A stretch of 64,000 nucleotides of DNA, taken from Octopus sinensis (taxonomy: Eukaryota). Positions 63,901 through 64,000 of this stretch are shown in pieces. The stretch is taken from the NCBI RefSeq assembly GCF_006345805.1, contig NC_042998.1:90582001-90646000 (forward strand), read 5' to 3'. Within the stretch, counting starts at the first letter, position 1; every line of letters begins with the position of its first letter. Under the pieces are notes generated by a model that worked only from the letters and a program-made list of their open reading frames with translations, was not told the DNA's origin and did no database searches. Both the position numbers and the translations under genes were made by a program.

Positions 63901-64000
63901 TTCTACCTACACCTTTTTTACAGATCGAGCAGGGCCATCTACCTGAAGTCGTTTGTGGTTGGTCCACCTTCCTACTTATTAGGACTTGGTTTTGGCTAGG
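60988..64000 (-). mobile_element. RTE LINE fragment, copy 2 (near-identical to 56431-59450, offset ~4550-4557 bp; runs off window)
   Basis: Same module order and junctions as copy 1; differences are mostly 1-bp indels. Confidence 0.93.

Overview
AT-rich animal genomic DNA, most likely from an octopus or related coleoid cephalopod (inferred from the repeat families and huge TA/TG microsatellites, not provable here). The window lies inside one plus-strand gene, an ABCA2-like lipid transporter. Fourteen GT-AG exons (23236-54319, 2152 nt) splice in frame through extracellular domain 1 into TM2; the start and C-terminal half appear to lie outside the window. The introns are full of mobile DNA: a CR1-group LINE inside an ~11 kb TA/TG microsatellite, several RTE LINE copies, two R4/Dong-type and two Tx1/L1-type fragments, a full-length mariner, a maT/DD37D fragment, a Helitron-like element, a hAT MITE and many tRNA-derived SINEs. 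The most striking unexplained structure is at 25289-25816: a head-to-head inverted pair of a tRNA-headed element whose 3' part is a Penelope-type minimal type I hammerhead ribozyme, flanked by a 9-bp direct repeat. This suggests a SINE-like family mobilised by Penelope-like elements. Also notable are a C4HC3 PHD finger inside an RTE reverse transcriptase, variable tandem repeats in RTE 3' UTRs, and a ~4.55 kb tandem duplication at the right end that may be an assembly artefact. Nearly all long ORFs in the supplied track are microsatellite artefacts.
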